This document shows positions 16,971 to 27,761 of a DNA stretch of 64,000 nucleotides, piece by piece. The number at the start of each line of letters is the position of its first letter. Within the stretch, counting starts at the first letter, position 1. The stretch comes from a virus (taxonomy: Duplodnaviria > Caudoviricetes), in the IMG/VR virus record IMGVR_UViG_3300031993_000016; one strand, written 5' to 3'. The position numbers and the translations under genes were made by a program. Under the pieces are notes generated by a model. It was not told the origin of the DNA. It saw only the letters and a program-made list of their open reading frames with translations, and searched no databases.

Positions 16971-19151
16971 TTAGCTTAATGAACTAAGATCAATACCTGC
17001 ACCGGCAGGTAATGCAATAAGATCTACGTAAATATCGTTTATAACTCCATTTACTAGGAGCCAAATTTTTCCAATAACAGTGTTAGCATTAACATGATCT
17101 AATTCATCAATGTCCGCTGACATCTGAACACGATAGCCATCGATTGCACCAACATTCTTCATTGTATCAAGAAGTGGTGTCACACCTGCATAAAACTTAT
17201 TATAAGCCTGACCATTATTATATTGGAATGTGATGCTTATTCCGCATTTGTAAACTACATCTTCTACTGCATTTACTAAGAAACGAGTTGAAAGATTTGC
17301 AAGTGCCTGATAAGTTGCAGGAGGTACTTCAAATAATGTTGAGTTACCCCAGATGTTTGTGCCGAGGTCTGGGATTGTTGTAAGTACGTTTACAGATACT
17401 CCGTCAAGTTTCTGCCATTTATCAAGTAATTTCTTTGGTACTGTGTAATCAAGTTTTCCAATTCTTACATTGTGTTGTCTATTTGTTGGAAGTGCCCATT
17501 CATACTGTGTAGGCTGATTGAGGATCTGTGCTCTTTGTATCATAAGTGCTGCGAATGAAGGAGATGCTTCACTCATTCTGCTTGTACCTACATACTGGAA
17601 TTGTGTCCATGGTGCAAAGAATCCACAATGTGTGTGGAAGAGTGATCCATTTACATCAAGTGCTGCGTTTACAGGTGTTACACGAGCTAACATCTGTACA
17701 TAACCTGCACGATCTGGATTAGCTTCATCCTCAATGTGAACGAACTTTCTTTCTACCATATGCGGTACATCAATGTAACCTGTTGCACATCTGCTGTAGT
17801 ATGCTACGTCCATTATCTTAAGGTTAAGCGGAGAGACTGGAATTGGACAAGATCCTGATGATGGTGTAGGATAATATGTACTGATGATTGTAGAATTATC
17901 TGTATACATGAAATAATCTTGATCATCCCAACCTGGGCTTATTACACGATTCGGGTTGTAAGAAAGTTTGTCTTTGAGAAGATCAAATACACCACCTACA
18001 GGCTGTCCATTTGAATCAACATAAGTACCGCCTACAAGATGTGTAAATAACCATTCTCTATAGTATAATGAACATTTTGTATCGTCATCAAGTGCAGCTT
18101 GTACAGTTGAATCAGCAACAGCGGTTGGATACGTATAAGTAGCTGAATTTGCAGCTACTTGGTAAGCTTCTGCCCAATCATATCTAGGTTTTGCAATGTT
18201 TTCAAATGACATTGTTCCGCTAGTATATGTTGTGATATAATCTGTACCAGCAGTAGCTGTTGTACTTCCAAGTATAGCAGCTGTACCAGTTGATGGAACT
18301 TCATCCCACTTTGTAGCGTCCCAGGCACCTGTTGTATCATCAGCCTTGCATTTATATACGTTACATTCATGATATACAAGTGCATCTTTTGCATATGTAG
18401 CAGTTGCATCAAATGCTGTAACCCCTGCAGTAGATACTACAATGTCCGCAGAAGTTGAAGACTCATCAACTGTACCAGTGATATTTGTAATATCCCAGAA
18501 CTTAGATTCAACTTCTTTGTAGTAAAGAATACTGTCTGTTGAATTAGCAGCATTGAATACAAGTGTCTTTGACTCAGCTGCAGTTTTTACACCACTAGAA
18601 TCTACAATATAAGTAATAATGTTCCAATAGAACTTAGTTGTTTGTGACTCCCTATCATAATAAGCAACTTTGCTAACTACAATCTGGAGATTATTTCCAA
18701 ATGTTCCAGGATACTTTGCTCTGAAACTGATAGTAGCTGCACTATCTGTATTATTCTTATACTGATACTGCGTAAAGCTGCCCTGTGCATAAGTTCCAGG
18801 GCACAGACGACATACAAGTATATCATAACCAGCAGTGAGTAATGTAGTTGCTATCTGATATGAATAATCTTTTGCAAGTCTATAACCTGCAGCAGGTCCA
18901 CGATAAGTAGATACAAATGCATCAAGTCCTGCCTGTGTAGCAGGAAATCGCTGCCAAGCGGTTTGCTCAAGCATATCGCTTACAGCATCACCATATCCAG
19001 CCCCACTTGGCTGAATACCAGAAGCAGCAGTTGGATCAAAGTATCCAGGACCCCAGCAAGATGTAATTGGAAGTGCTACGGTAGCATATCCACCATCTCC
19101 AACAGCCCAAGAATAATTTGTGCTGATTTCATTTATGACAATTTTAGCCAT
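16971..19151 (-). CDS. Tail sheath protein
   Basis: MAKIVINEI N-terminus; WGP; AKYPGTFGNNL; C-terminal IWGNSTL...LSTRFLVNAVEDVV sheath domain. Confidence 0.9.
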   Translation of the reverse strand: MAKIVINEISTNYSWAVGDGGYATVALPITSCWGPGYFDPTAASGIQPSGAGYGDAVSDMLEQTAWQRFPATQAGLDAFVSTYRGPAAGYRLAKDYSYQIATTLLTAGYDILVCRLCPGTYAQGSFTQYQYKNNTDSAATISFRAKYPGTFGNNLQIVVSKVAYYDRESQTTKFYWNIITYIVDSSGVKTAAESKTLVFNAANSTDSILYYKEVESKFWDITNITGTVDESSTSADIVVSTAGVTAFDATATYAKDALVYHECNVYKCKADDTTGAWDATKWDEVPSTGTAAILGSTTATAGTDYITTYTSGTMSFENIAKPRYDWAEAYQVAANSATYTYPTAVADSTVQAALDDDTKCSLYYREWLFTHLVGGTYVDSNGQPVGGVFDLLKDKLSYNPNRVISPGWDDQDYFMYTDNSTIISTYYPTPSSGSCPIPVSPLNLKIMDVAYYSRCATGYIDVPHMVERKFVHIEDEANPDRAGYVQMLARVTPVNAALDVNGSLFHTHCGFFAPWTQFQYVGTSRMSEASPSFAALMIQRAQILNQPTQYEWALPTNRQHNVRIGKLDYTVPKKLLDKWQKLDGVSVNVLTTIPDLGTNIWGNSTLFEVPPATYQALANLSTRFLVNAVEDVVYKCGISITFQYNNGQAYNKFYAGVTPLLDTMKNVGAIDGYRVQMSADIDELDHVNANTVIGKIWLLVNGVINDIYVDLIALPAGAGIDLSSLS

Positions 19152-19407
19152 TTACGGATTCCTCCTTTTCTTCATTTTTTGTTGATTTATTTTGAGACTC
19201 TGATTCAGATTTCTTAGATTCAACTGAAGGTTTAGTTGATGATTTTGTAGTAGACTTAGGCGCTTGCTTAGGAGCAGGTGCAATAGGTCTTTCGCAACGT
19301 TGGAAATCCTTATCATTTATGTATCCAGGTACTTCTTTGATTTCACCTGGATTGAAGGTTACGCCGTAAAAGGTTTTTGTGGCTATTGACATGTTTTTAT
19401 AAAACAT
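19144..19407 (-). CDS. Small hypothetical protein with low-complexity K/S/E tail
   Basis: AGGAGG RBS; class L motif at about 19436-19449; overlaps the sheath start. Confidence 0.7.
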   Translation of the reverse strand: MFYKNMSIATKTFYGVTFNPGEIKEVPGYINDKDFQRCERPIAPAPKQAPKSTTKSSTKPSVESKKSESESQNKSTKNEEKEESVNG

Positions 19408-19448
19408 ATTTGTACTCTACCTCCTCATTTGATAACATTATTAAAGGT

Positions 19449-20051
19449 TCATTCTTGTATATCTACTTCGTGCGCCATTCGTTTTAATTTAGCTGGTGTA
19501 TAAGTTACTAAAACGGCACCATCAATATGTAGTTGAATTGTAGCTGAATAGAGCTTGCCCTCTTGTAGATAATTAGATGAAGTAGTTTGACGTTCTATAT
19601 TTGTAGATGGATCAATTCTAACACCAAATCGAATCTTACGCTTAGATTCATAAGGTATTTTAAATGTTATGAAATACTGACTTGTGTATTTAAATAATAA
19701 TTCACGAATCAATTCATCAATATCTGCAGTATTTGTAGCCATACATACAAGATCATAATCTAGTTTAATTGGAAGTACTTTCTCATAGTATAATTCATTA
19801 GTTTTCTTGTCAAATACAGTGGCAACACCTTCATGTAACCTAGTGTAGTTTAGTCGATCGTTATCAACAGGTGTATCGTCATGTCGGTTAACTGCAATCA
19901 CAGGAAACTTGATTTTGTCTTCTTGTACCTGTGCTGCAATAGTTAACACACTATCAGGTGATACTATATACACTGCAGGCTCTTGTCCAGGTTCTACTGC
20001 AAAAGATTGTCGTAAATCTGCAACTATTGCGTTATCGTATGCCCAAAGCAT
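19449..20051 (-). CDS. Putative tail terminator/completion protein
   Basis: Position before the sheath; KFPVIAVNR and PIKLDYDL segments resemble gp15-like proteins. Confidence 0.55.
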   Translation of the reverse strand: MLWAYDNAIVADLRQSFAVEPGQEPAVYIVSPDSVLTIAAQVQEDKIKFPVIAVNRHDDTPVDNDRLNYTRLHEGVATVFDKKTNELYYEKVLPIKLDYDLVCMATNTADIDELIRELLFKYTSQYFITFKIPYESKRKIRFGVRIDPSTNIERQTTSSNYLQEGKLYSATIQLHIDGAVLVTYTPAKLKRMAHEVDIQE

Positions 20052-20623
20052 TAATTATCACCTCGCTTCTGTCCAGTGAAATTAGGATCTTGATCTTCTG
20101 CAGCTGTATGATAATTCCCTCGATAATCTACATTTGGTTTTAAGAAATTGTTAGATTTATCGAATTTCTTCTCAACTTCTTTCTTAGTATATCCTGTAGG
20201 TTGTTTCTCATCATATACAGGAATAACCTGAGCCACGAGGTGATCTGGTGCGGCAATATCATATGTAATTTCTGTAACACGAAACAATCTATCAGGTAAT
20301 TCACTGTATTGACCAGATATTCTAAACAGACAATCCTTTTGCATATGTGGCAGATGAAAACTGCAATGAATTAAGAATGGGAGGTTCTGATCATTTTCAA
20401 CTACCCAACCATATCGCTTAAATGTTTTCACTTTCGGATTACCTTCAAAGAATATGTGAGTGTTGATATATTCTGAATAAGAATCTATTACAGTTTCACC
20501 TTGAGCATTGGGCTCAGGTTTAAGTGGATACTGATAGATAGCTGATATACCTTGAAGCTGCAATGCTTCATCATACCTGTTTCGCATTAATTTTATGTCA
20601 GGACCGATAAGATTAACTGCCAT
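20051..20623 (-). CDS. Putative neck/head-closure protein
   Basis: Position between portal and sheath; inferred only. Confidence 0.45.
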   Translation of the reverse strand: MAVNLIGPDIKLMRNRYDEALQLQGISAIYQYPLKPEPNAQGETVIDSYSEYINTHIFFEGNPKVKTFKRYGWVVENDQNLPFLIHCSFHLPHMQKDCLFRISGQYSELPDRLFRVTEITYDIAAPDHLVAQVIPVYDEKQPTGYTKKEVEKKFDKSNNFLKPNVDYRGNYHTAAEDQDPNFTGQKRGDN

Positions 20624-21254
20624 CACTATCACCACTTTCAGCTGCATTTTGAGCAATGATATCATCTATGCTATCAACTTCATCCATAAGCCAATCCCAT
20701 CTATACTGCTTGGTTTCACTCATATTAGTTAAATTAATTGCAGTACCTTCGATGAGAGCATCAGTGAATTCCTTTTCGCTAGGACTGTATCCGTTATTCA
20801 ACCAATCACCTAATGGATTAGATTGAAATGCTACAATTTTTGGCTCCCATTGTTGTACATGATTTTTATAATGCCATGTATTGATTATGCGAATTTTGTC
20901 ATAGCCTAATCCTCGAAGTGTCATCAGATATTCAATCTGAGGTCCGCTGATTCCTAATTTCTGTGCAAATTCAATTATGAATCCATATCTGCGAAGTTCA
21001 TTGAGAATAGCTTCTGCAGATAACTCTTCAGGACTATACTCATCTACATCAGATACAAGTACACCATCTGCTTCTAATACACATGCAAACAATGTACCAA
21101 TTACTGGGTGATCTACGCTTATGCGAAATCCTGTAAGTAAATCATTATTGAATAAATCCGCTATATGTATTCGTAATTCTCTGCTGTTATTAGATAAACA
21201 CTTTGGAAGATCTCTCCAATTAGTTATTCTATACTGCAGAGGCGGTTGATTCAT
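20613..21254 (-). CDS. Hypothetical protein
   Basis: ORF in the structural block; likely start MNQPPLQY. Confidence 0.65.
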   Translation of the reverse strand: MNQPPLQYRITNWRDLPKCLSNNSRELRIHIADLFNNDLLTGFRISVDHPVIGTLFACVLEADGVLVSDVDEYSPEELSAEAILNELRRYGFIIEFAQKLGISGPQIEYLMTLRGLGYDKIRIINTWHYKNHVQQWEPKIVAFQSNPLGDWLNNGYSPSEKEFTDALIEGTAINLTNMSETKQYRWDWLMDEVDSIDDIIAQNAAESGDSDGS

Positions 21255-21588
21255 CGTCACTATTACCACCTCTCATTTCTCTTACATGTCGTTTCAATTC
21301 AATCTGAAAAGGTTTCAATAAATCAAGATTGACACTTGGATATTCACTGAAGTAGGTAGCGATCATATCAATCTTGAGTTTGAAGTATAATACTCGTTTA
21401 TCTTCGGCACTGATTTCAGGATGCCGTTCAGCGAATATGAAATATCGAGTCACTACACTAGAAAATGCCTTATGTACTGTCGGATCATCTTGATCAAGCG
21501 TAGCTCGTTCAATAGTCCGGAAGTTACTTGAATTAAAATTTTTTAAATCCTTAAAGAAGAGTTGGGTTAACTCTAAACTAGAAAGCAT
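21229..21588 (-). CDS. Hypothetical protein
   Basis: ORF overlapping the portal stop, GGAGG RBS. Confidence 0.65.
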   Translation of the reverse strand: MLSSLELTQLFFKDLKNFNSSNFRTIERATLDQDDPTVHKAFSSVVTRYFIFAERHPEISAEDKRVLYFKLKIDMIATYFSEYPSVNLDLLKPFQIELKRHVREMRGGNSDDESTASAV

Positions 21589-23098
21589 TTGCCGGTCCTC
21601 CTTGTTCTGCAGATTCAGTTACGTCTACATTCCATTCTATTGCATTAGCACCAAGTTGTGGGAATACTTCAGAAAGAATTTCTACTAAAGCTGTTTGATA
21701 GTCTTTCTTATCAGATACACCTAAATTCTTAAGTAAATCTACAAGTGTTTGTGCTTGACTTAATGCGGAATCACGTTTTTCAAACTGTACAGTGGATTGT
21801 GTAGTGATAATTGGATTCATATGTAATTTGAACATATTAACAAATCCACTCATATTCCGTGCAATGAAATACTTGTTAATTGCGTCAGTCCAGCCCTGTA
21901 TGTATGCATTCTCAAGACGTTGTAAAGAATTAGCGTATAGTGCAGATCTTTGTGACAGTACAGAACCCGCACCACCTAAACCTTCATTAGATGAAAAGTT
22001 CATTGCTTCTTTCGGTACACCTAAAACTGATAACTTCTTATCCTGATAGTAATTAAGTAAATTATTATCAGCTTCGCTAGATTCTGCCATGTTTAAATCT
22101 GTAATAGATATTGCATCATTTCCATTTATCCTTGGAAGGTAAATGAGATTATTAGGGGATTGTGGGTTTACAAAACTCTGAGCATCTCCAGAAGCTGTAT
22201 TCAATGCTAACTGTTGCTCAATAGCATCTTTAATCTGCTGAAGAGCATCTCGAATCTCCTCCTCTTGCGTACCACATTCAACATTTAAAAATTTAATAGT
22301 TCTAGATAATGATGATAATACTACCGCATCTTCAAGTAACCCCAATGTTTGTGTAGGCTGTACAGCTCTAGACATAAGAGGTTCTGCAAACTGTATGTCA
22401 TAAGTTATAGGATCACCTTCAGAATCTACACTGTCAATCGTATAATCACCTAATAATCCACCTAATGTAAAATGTATACAAGCAGTTTCTGGAAGTATGA
22501 GTATCTCAGATTGTATAGCTTTATCATCCGGATCCATCAGATATCCAGTAGGCTCACCACGATGCCAAAGATGTATGATAGTTTCAGGTGGTATTTTATA
22601 CGATGGGATTATATCAAAATCTTCCTCTGGAATAGTATTATTATCAAGTGCAACATGCTTGTGTGTATACATTGAAGCACTGTCTTTGTATAAATAAGTT
22701 GTAGGTATGTAGAGATTACCAATGGTTGCTAATTCAAGTATATGATCTCTAGCATACTTATCAACTGCCCAACGTTTAAATAATGCGTTTACTATCTCAG
22801 CAGCTTGCTTACATTGTTTTGTATTATCTGCAGCTGTTGCCCATATGATCTCACCTGCAGTATTCGTTGTAGTAGCATCTGTTGCATAGTATGAAAGCGC
22901 TGTGCTGATCTGTGAATCATTTGCAAGTGCTCTCATAGTATCAATTTGAGTTTTAATATCTGCAAAACTTGTGTTACCGCGTATATCAGATATTCTATAT
23001 AAGGAACCTGTTATGACTGTTCTGAGCCAGGATTTCGGTCTATCTAGAAGCTTAGAACGTCTGGGCACTAATTTATCAAGCCATCGATTTTTCGCCAA
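21578..23098 (-). CDS. Portal protein (T4 gp20-like)
   Basis: 506 aa; ISTALSYYATDAT, LLEDAVVLSSLSR and YYQDKKLSVLGVPK portal-like segments; near the terminase. Confidence 0.8.
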   Translation of the reverse strand: MAKNRWLDKLVPRRSKLLDRPKSWLRTVITGSLYRISDIRGNTSFADIKTQIDTMRALANDSQISTALSYYATDATTTNTAGEIIWATAADNTKQCKQAAEIVNALFKRWAVDKYARDHILELATIGNLYIPTTYLYKDSASMYTHKHVALDNNTIPEEDFDIIPSYKIPPETIIHLWHRGEPTGYLMDPDDKAIQSEILILPETACIHFTLGGLLGDYTIDSVDSEGDPITYDIQFAEPLMSRAVQPTQTLGLLEDAVVLSSLSRTIKFLNVECGTQEEEIRDALQQIKDAIEQQLALNTASGDAQSFVNPQSPNNLIYLPRINGNDAISITDLNMAESSEADNNLLNYYQDKKLSVLGVPKEAMNFSSNEGLGGAGSVLSQRSALYANSLQRLENAYIQGWTDAINKYFIARNMSGFVNMFKLHMNPIITTQSTVQFEKRDSALSQAQTLVDLLKNLGVSDKKDYQTALVEILSEVFPQLGANAIEWNVDVTESAEQGGPANAF

Positions 23099-23124
23099 TG
23101 TTCAATACCTCCTCTATAGAAATA

Positions 23125-24720
23125 TTAAAGGTTCTCAGCCAGATCTTTGTCGATATCATACTGTGTGAAGAATTCAGATTCAGACATGATAGGTACACGA
23201 CGCTTTCTAGCTTCAATAACAGCATGGCCATTGATGTTTTCTTGAGCATCACCAATAAGTACACAGTTAACATCATCAACTAATTCTGTTACAACATCTG
23301 CAGAATAACTACGCAGAATGTTGCTGATTTCATCAATGCTGCCATGCAAAAATGTTCCGGTAAGCATGATAAGTTTATCTCTAAATATTGGATCACCTTC
23401 AAACTTCTTAGTTTGTTTAACAAGATGAATGTTGCTAAGTTTGAAAAATTCTATGACATCCGAACAATTTTCATTATCAGATATCCAAGTGAAGAATCTA
23501 TTGAATGCACCGAGCTCTAATTCTAAATCTACTTTCATTCTATCAGGATGCTGCAGATAGTATTGTAAAGTCTGCATAGAATTGCTGCAAGCATCGCATA
23601 ACTGATTAATTTGAACCATGCTCGGAAGGATTGACTTCGGAATGATTGCCCTAAGCCCTTCAGATAATGTGACATCAACTTCACGATCTTTGTATGTAGC
23701 TTTATCAAATGTATCAAGTACAGAAAATATAGTACCAATTTCATCTGAATATACTCTATAGTCTTCAAATGACATAAGTGGAAGATGCAAACATTTACAT
23801 AACTGCAATACTCTAGGATATAATACAGAATTGCACTGAGGATCTGAGCATCTAACATTACCAGATGGTGGTACTACAATCTGTTTACCGCAGCATTCGC
23901 ATTGTATCTTATTAGATAACACAGAATCTCGCTTATTAGTAGATGCAGAAATACTATGGATTATAGCACTTTCAGAATTTCGAACTACTAAGCTGTCAAC
24001 TTGTACGTTGAATCTAACAATTGTAGAATATGGTACAGTCTGAATTTCATTAGTATCATAAGTTATGATACCAATAATATCACCAAATTCTGTGTATGTA
24101 CGAAGTACATCTACAACTATATCTTGTTTGAGTTGTATCTTTGGATAAGATATAGAATGGTCTCTGTGAAATACAATGTAGCTATCAATTAATGGGTAAG
24201 TAAATGGGTAGTTCTGTGTAACCATGTATCTGAATTTATCTTCAGTTATCTCACTAGGCATAACATATCCAGGAAGTAATGTAAATTTCGATGTAGATAA
24301 CCATTGTCTAGTAGCTACTGCACCCTTGAACTTAACTGATAAACTCTGGATGTCACCTGCATAGAACGTGAATGAATTTGGATCAGCTAAGTACAGCTGT
24401 TTGAATTCTGCTTGAATGGATTCTGGATGTTTTCGTAAAGACGACGCTACATCATTTGTTACAAATACACCACGAACATAAGACGTACCACCTGTAACCG
24501 ATATCTTATTAGGTATCTGCTTGTTTTTAAGAACAAGTGGTAGGATGGATTCAGTCTCATCTACCCATTCATCTTGTTCATGATTGAGCATAACTTTCTG
24601 GATCAATCCTTTATCACTATATTGAATAGTGACTGCTAATCCAAATGGTACAAGTGCTACATATTCACCTGACTGTAGTGACACCTCTCGACCTGATTGT
24701 AGAAGGTTTCTTACAAACAT
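23125..24720 (-). CDS. NAD-dependent DNA ligase-like protein, apparently catalytically degenerate
   Basis: LigA layout (GLAVTIQY, VRG, CxxC...C...C Zn finger, C-terminal BRCT IMLTG...LIGD), but KxDG reads VPFG. Confidence 0.7.
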   Translation of the reverse strand: MFVRNLLQSGREVSLQSGEYVALVPFGLAVTIQYSDKGLIQKVMLNHEQDEWVDETESILPLVLKNKQIPNKISVTGGTSYVRGVFVTNDVASSLRKHPESIQAEFKQLYLADPNSFTFYAGDIQSLSVKFKGAVATRQWLSTSKFTLLPGYVMPSEITEDKFRYMVTQNYPFTYPLIDSYIVFHRDHSISYPKIQLKQDIVVDVLRTYTEFGDIIGIITYDTNEIQTVPYSTIVRFNVQVDSLVVRNSESAIIHSISASTNKRDSVLSNKIQCECCGKQIVVPPSGNVRCSDPQCNSVLYPRVLQLCKCLHLPLMSFEDYRVYSDEIGTIFSVLDTFDKATYKDREVDVTLSEGLRAIIPKSILPSMVQINQLCDACSNSMQTLQYYLQHPDRMKVDLELELGAFNRFFTWISDNENCSDVIEFFKLSNIHLVKQTKKFEGDPIFRDKLIMLTGTFLHGSIDEISNILRSYSADVVTELVDDVNCVLIGDAQENINGHAVIEARKRRVPIMSESEFFTQYDIDKDLAENL

Positions 24721-24735
24721 TTAATTACCTCTCTT

Positions 24736-26646
24736 TCATCTTTTATATTTTGTATATGGGCCGGAAAACATTGACAAACCTTTGTATGCTGCATTCCGGT
24801 TATTAACAGATGCAATTGCAGAAGCTACATGACTTGGTTGCGGAGTTGGTTGTGAATGCTCAAGTGTGAGTGTGTAGCATGCTCCGCATACACAATCTGC
24901 TACGTCCTTTGACCCATTTGCAGGGTGATCTATTTTATTATTTACACGTTGCAAGTGAATTAATTCGTTATCACGTAATTCATTAGCAACTAATTCTATA
25001 CGTTGATCATATAATATGTTTTTCAAACCGATATATGGCTCTTCGGACCTATCAACTGAGATTTTAGCTGTTTTGAACCCTTGACCACTGAGTACTTCTC
25101 TCATATAACTAGACTGATACTGGTCAGTTGAAATTGTTCCTATGTTGAACCCGTTTCGTCGTAACCAAAGTATGAAATTAACTACTTTCTGAAAGGATAA
25201 TCTATCCCCTGTCGGTCGTTGTATACCTACAGAAAATATCTCTTTGAAGTATGGCATACTGATTTTTCTACCTTCAAAATCAGTCACTACCTTACTGCCG
25301 TCTACGCATACACCTGCCATACCTGTTCTGTCACCAGTTTCAGATAAGTCAAGATGTATATTTAGTAAACAACTTTTCAATCGACTAGGTACTGCTTCAA
25401 GATGAAAAAATTCTTCTATTGTATTTTTATCTTGAGTTCCTACTTCTATAACATCAGTATAAAACGGGTTATGCCGAGTATCTGTAATATTAGGGGTAAT
25501 AGCTGCTTGCGTGATAAATCCCATAGCACCTATGATAGAAATACCTGCGACATCTCTTAAAGATATGTCATAATCTGCAAGAAATCGAGTTCGCAGATCT
25601 GCAGGAGCTTCGATAACTTGATAACCTTGACGAATGTATTCTTGCCGATGTTCTTCGTCATCATTTTCTTCTGGTATAACAAACCCTTTCTTGTATCGAT
25701 CTCCTACCGTAAAATGAAATACTTCTTTGCTGAATCGTTCTTTAGGTAATACCTTCCATTGAGGTTGATCTACTAAATAAAGATGAGAATTACCTGCATT
25801 CATCTGCGTTTCGATATGATCAGACAAGAAATCCGAATCTGTATTTTTTGACGAAGCTGCTACAATCTTTCCATAAACTTCTCCGTTCAAAGAAAACGTA
25901 CCAGCAATACGTGCATTAATAGTGTCATATAAACTTTTCATATGTTGCTTTGCTAACGATATGTCTTTTATACCAGATTTAGCAAAGTTGCATTCGTCAA
26001 TAACGCAACAAAATGTAGTTTTTCCTAAGAAATTTGTTGCAGATGATCCAGCAACAATTTCTATATCGCCGCTATCTGGAACATATATCTGGTTTACAGT
26101 GCCTCGATTCATTGCACCATGATCCATGAACCAAGGTGAATGTTTCATTGTTTGATTAAAATCTGCAAATGCTACCCCCTCAGCTAAATCTTTTGTAAGA
26201 TTAGCAAATGCTATTGTCATCTTAGCAGTAGGCTGCAGATGAAAATACTTTTGCGGCTGTCGATACAACATCAATTTATATAACATATATGCAACGATTT
26301 TGACAGCAGTTGCACTTTTGCCCAAACGCGTAGCTCCTGACAAAATTATCTCATTATACTGATTGCCATGGTTGAATATATCTGTTAAAGTTTTTCGCCA
26401 AAACGGATAAACTTGTGCGCCATTATCAGTACTTTGACCTAAATAGTAAGGATCACTTATAAAACGGTCAATAGAAACTGGCACTTCTGTAAAATCCGCA
26501 AGCCATATATCTCGATATGTTTGAGATTCTCCATGTGTTGCAACTTCTTCAAGTATTTGGCGTAATATAACCTGTTCTGCAGGGGGTGAAGATGCATATA
26601 TGCTTTGGATACGTTCAATTACATTTTCATCAATTAAATCTGCCAT
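24736..26646 (-). CDS. terL: Terminase large subunit
   Basis: Walker A GATRLGKS, Walker B CVIDE, nuclease HLDLS and IDHP..GSKDVAD. Confidence 0.92.
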   Translation of the reverse strand: MADLIDENVIERIQSIYASSPPAEQVILRQILEEVATHGESQTYRDIWLADFTEVPVSIDRFISDPYYLGQSTDNGAQVYPFWRKTLTDIFNHGNQYNEIILSGATRLGKSATAVKIVAYMLYKLMLYRQPQKYFHLQPTAKMTIAFANLTKDLAEGVAFADFNQTMKHSPWFMDHGAMNRGTVNQIYVPDSGDIEIVAGSSATNFLGKTTFCCVIDECNFAKSGIKDISLAKQHMKSLYDTINARIAGTFSLNGEVYGKIVAASSKNTDSDFLSDHIETQMNAGNSHLYLVDQPQWKVLPKERFSKEVFHFTVGDRYKKGFVIPEENDDEEHRQEYIRQGYQVIEAPADLRTRFLADYDISLRDVAGISIIGAMGFITQAAITPNITDTRHNPFYTDVIEVGTQDKNTIEEFFHLEAVPSRLKSCLLNIHLDLSETGDRTGMAGVCVDGSKVVTDFEGRKISMPYFKEIFSVGIQRPTGDRLSFQKVVNFILWLRRNGFNIGTISTDQYQSSYMREVLSGQGFKTAKISVDRSEEPYIGLKNILYDQRIELVANELRDNELIHLQRVNNKIDHPANGSKDVADCVCGACYTLTLEHSQPTPQPSHVASAIASVNNRNAAYKGLSMFSGPYTKYKR

Positions 26647-26654
26647 ATTATCAC

Positions 26655-27170
26655 CTAACTTGCACTATCAACGGTTTCAAGTGCTCGGAGTACTTGTTGT
26701 GCACTAGTTCTAAGTGTTTCTCTAGACTCTTTTGTAAGTACACCAGCTGCATTTGTTTCTGATTGCTCTATAACTGCAGGAGAGAGTGTTTCGATATTAA
26801 ATAACTCGCTGTTTAAATATGGTTCAAGTAACTTATGAGACTCAATCATATTTTTCTGTAGTTTCTCTTGTATAGTTAAAAGTGACATCCATGTAGTTGG
26901 GTTATCATCATCCATCATATCAATAGATGCATCAATTGCTTTATACAATTTGTCTTCAATCTTATCCATCATCTCAATATATTTAATAATTCTAGATACT
27001 TGATGATATACTCGAAGTATTGTTATATTTTTGATAGCTTGTCCTGCTGAATATATGTCTTCATTACAACACAATAAGGACGCACGCATCTTTGCGACGT
27101 CCTCTTTTTGTTTATGTATTAATGGATCGGTTGATATGATGCTTTGATTGACGGTTTCAATATTCGGCAT
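26655..27170 (-). CDS. Putative terminase small subunit
   Basis: Helical 171-aa ORF directly upstream of terL; positional inference. Confidence 0.45.
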   Translation of the reverse strand: MPNIETVNQSIISTDPLIHKQKEDVAKMRASLLCCNEDIYSAGQAIKNITILRVYHQVSRIIKYIEMMDKIEDKLYKAIDASIDMMDDDNPTTWMSLLTIQEKLQKNMIESHKLLEPYLNSELFNIETLSPAVIEQSETNAAGVLTKESRETLRTSAQQVLRALETVDSAS

Positions 27171-27208
27171 ATTCGTTCTCCTAATTATTCAGATTTAAGA
27201 TGAAAAAT

Positions 27209-27466
27209 TTACTCAGATTGAAGATCGAGTAATACTACACTGAGGTTTGCAATAGCTTCTTTAGCCTTTGAGTCACCAGTTTCGTTTGCACAAACTGCTA
27301 AACAATCAATTGCTTGATGGATATGCTCAATGCAATCACTATAGCAAGGTGCAGCTGTCGGAGCTTCTTCGATCACCTCTAATTCAGTTACCGGAGCTTC
27401 ATCGACGGTTTCAAGTGTCTCATCAATGAACTCATCTGCTTTAATATTCTTCTTTGATATCTTCAC
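27209..27466 (-). CDS. Hypothetical acidic protein
   Basis: ORF overlapping its neighbour. Confidence 0.6.
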   Translation of the reverse strand: MKISKKNIKADEFIDETLETVDEAPVTELEVIEEAPTAAPCYSDCIEHIHQAIDCLAVCANETGDSKAKEAIANLSVVLLDLQSE

Positions 27467-27761
27467 TACTAATCACCTCATTTACTTTATTTAACTTCAC
27501 ATAAGTTGTATCATCGCTGTTAATTAGTTTTTGGAAGTTTATAACAGCTTTATCTAGATCTTCATCTTCAACTTGTATATCATGAGCATATAGAAGGAAT
27601 TTATCTAATGCTTGTGATATTTCTGGAAGATCTTGACAAGTACGATAACACGCAATCTCCAGATCTGCTAAAGCTTCAACTGCAGGAAAATCCCACAGAT
27701 ACTTGCGAACTTCCTTATATAATTTATTATAAGAATTTTGTATATCTGCGTAACTAATCAT
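27441..27761 (-). CDS. Hypothetical protein
   Basis: ORF with ATGA coupling. Confidence 0.65.
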   Translation of the reverse strand: MISYADIQNSYNKLYKEVRKYLWDFPAVEALADLEIACYRTCQDLPEISQALDKFLLYAHDIQVEDEDLDKAVINFQKLINSDDTTYVKLNKVNEVISSEDIKEEY

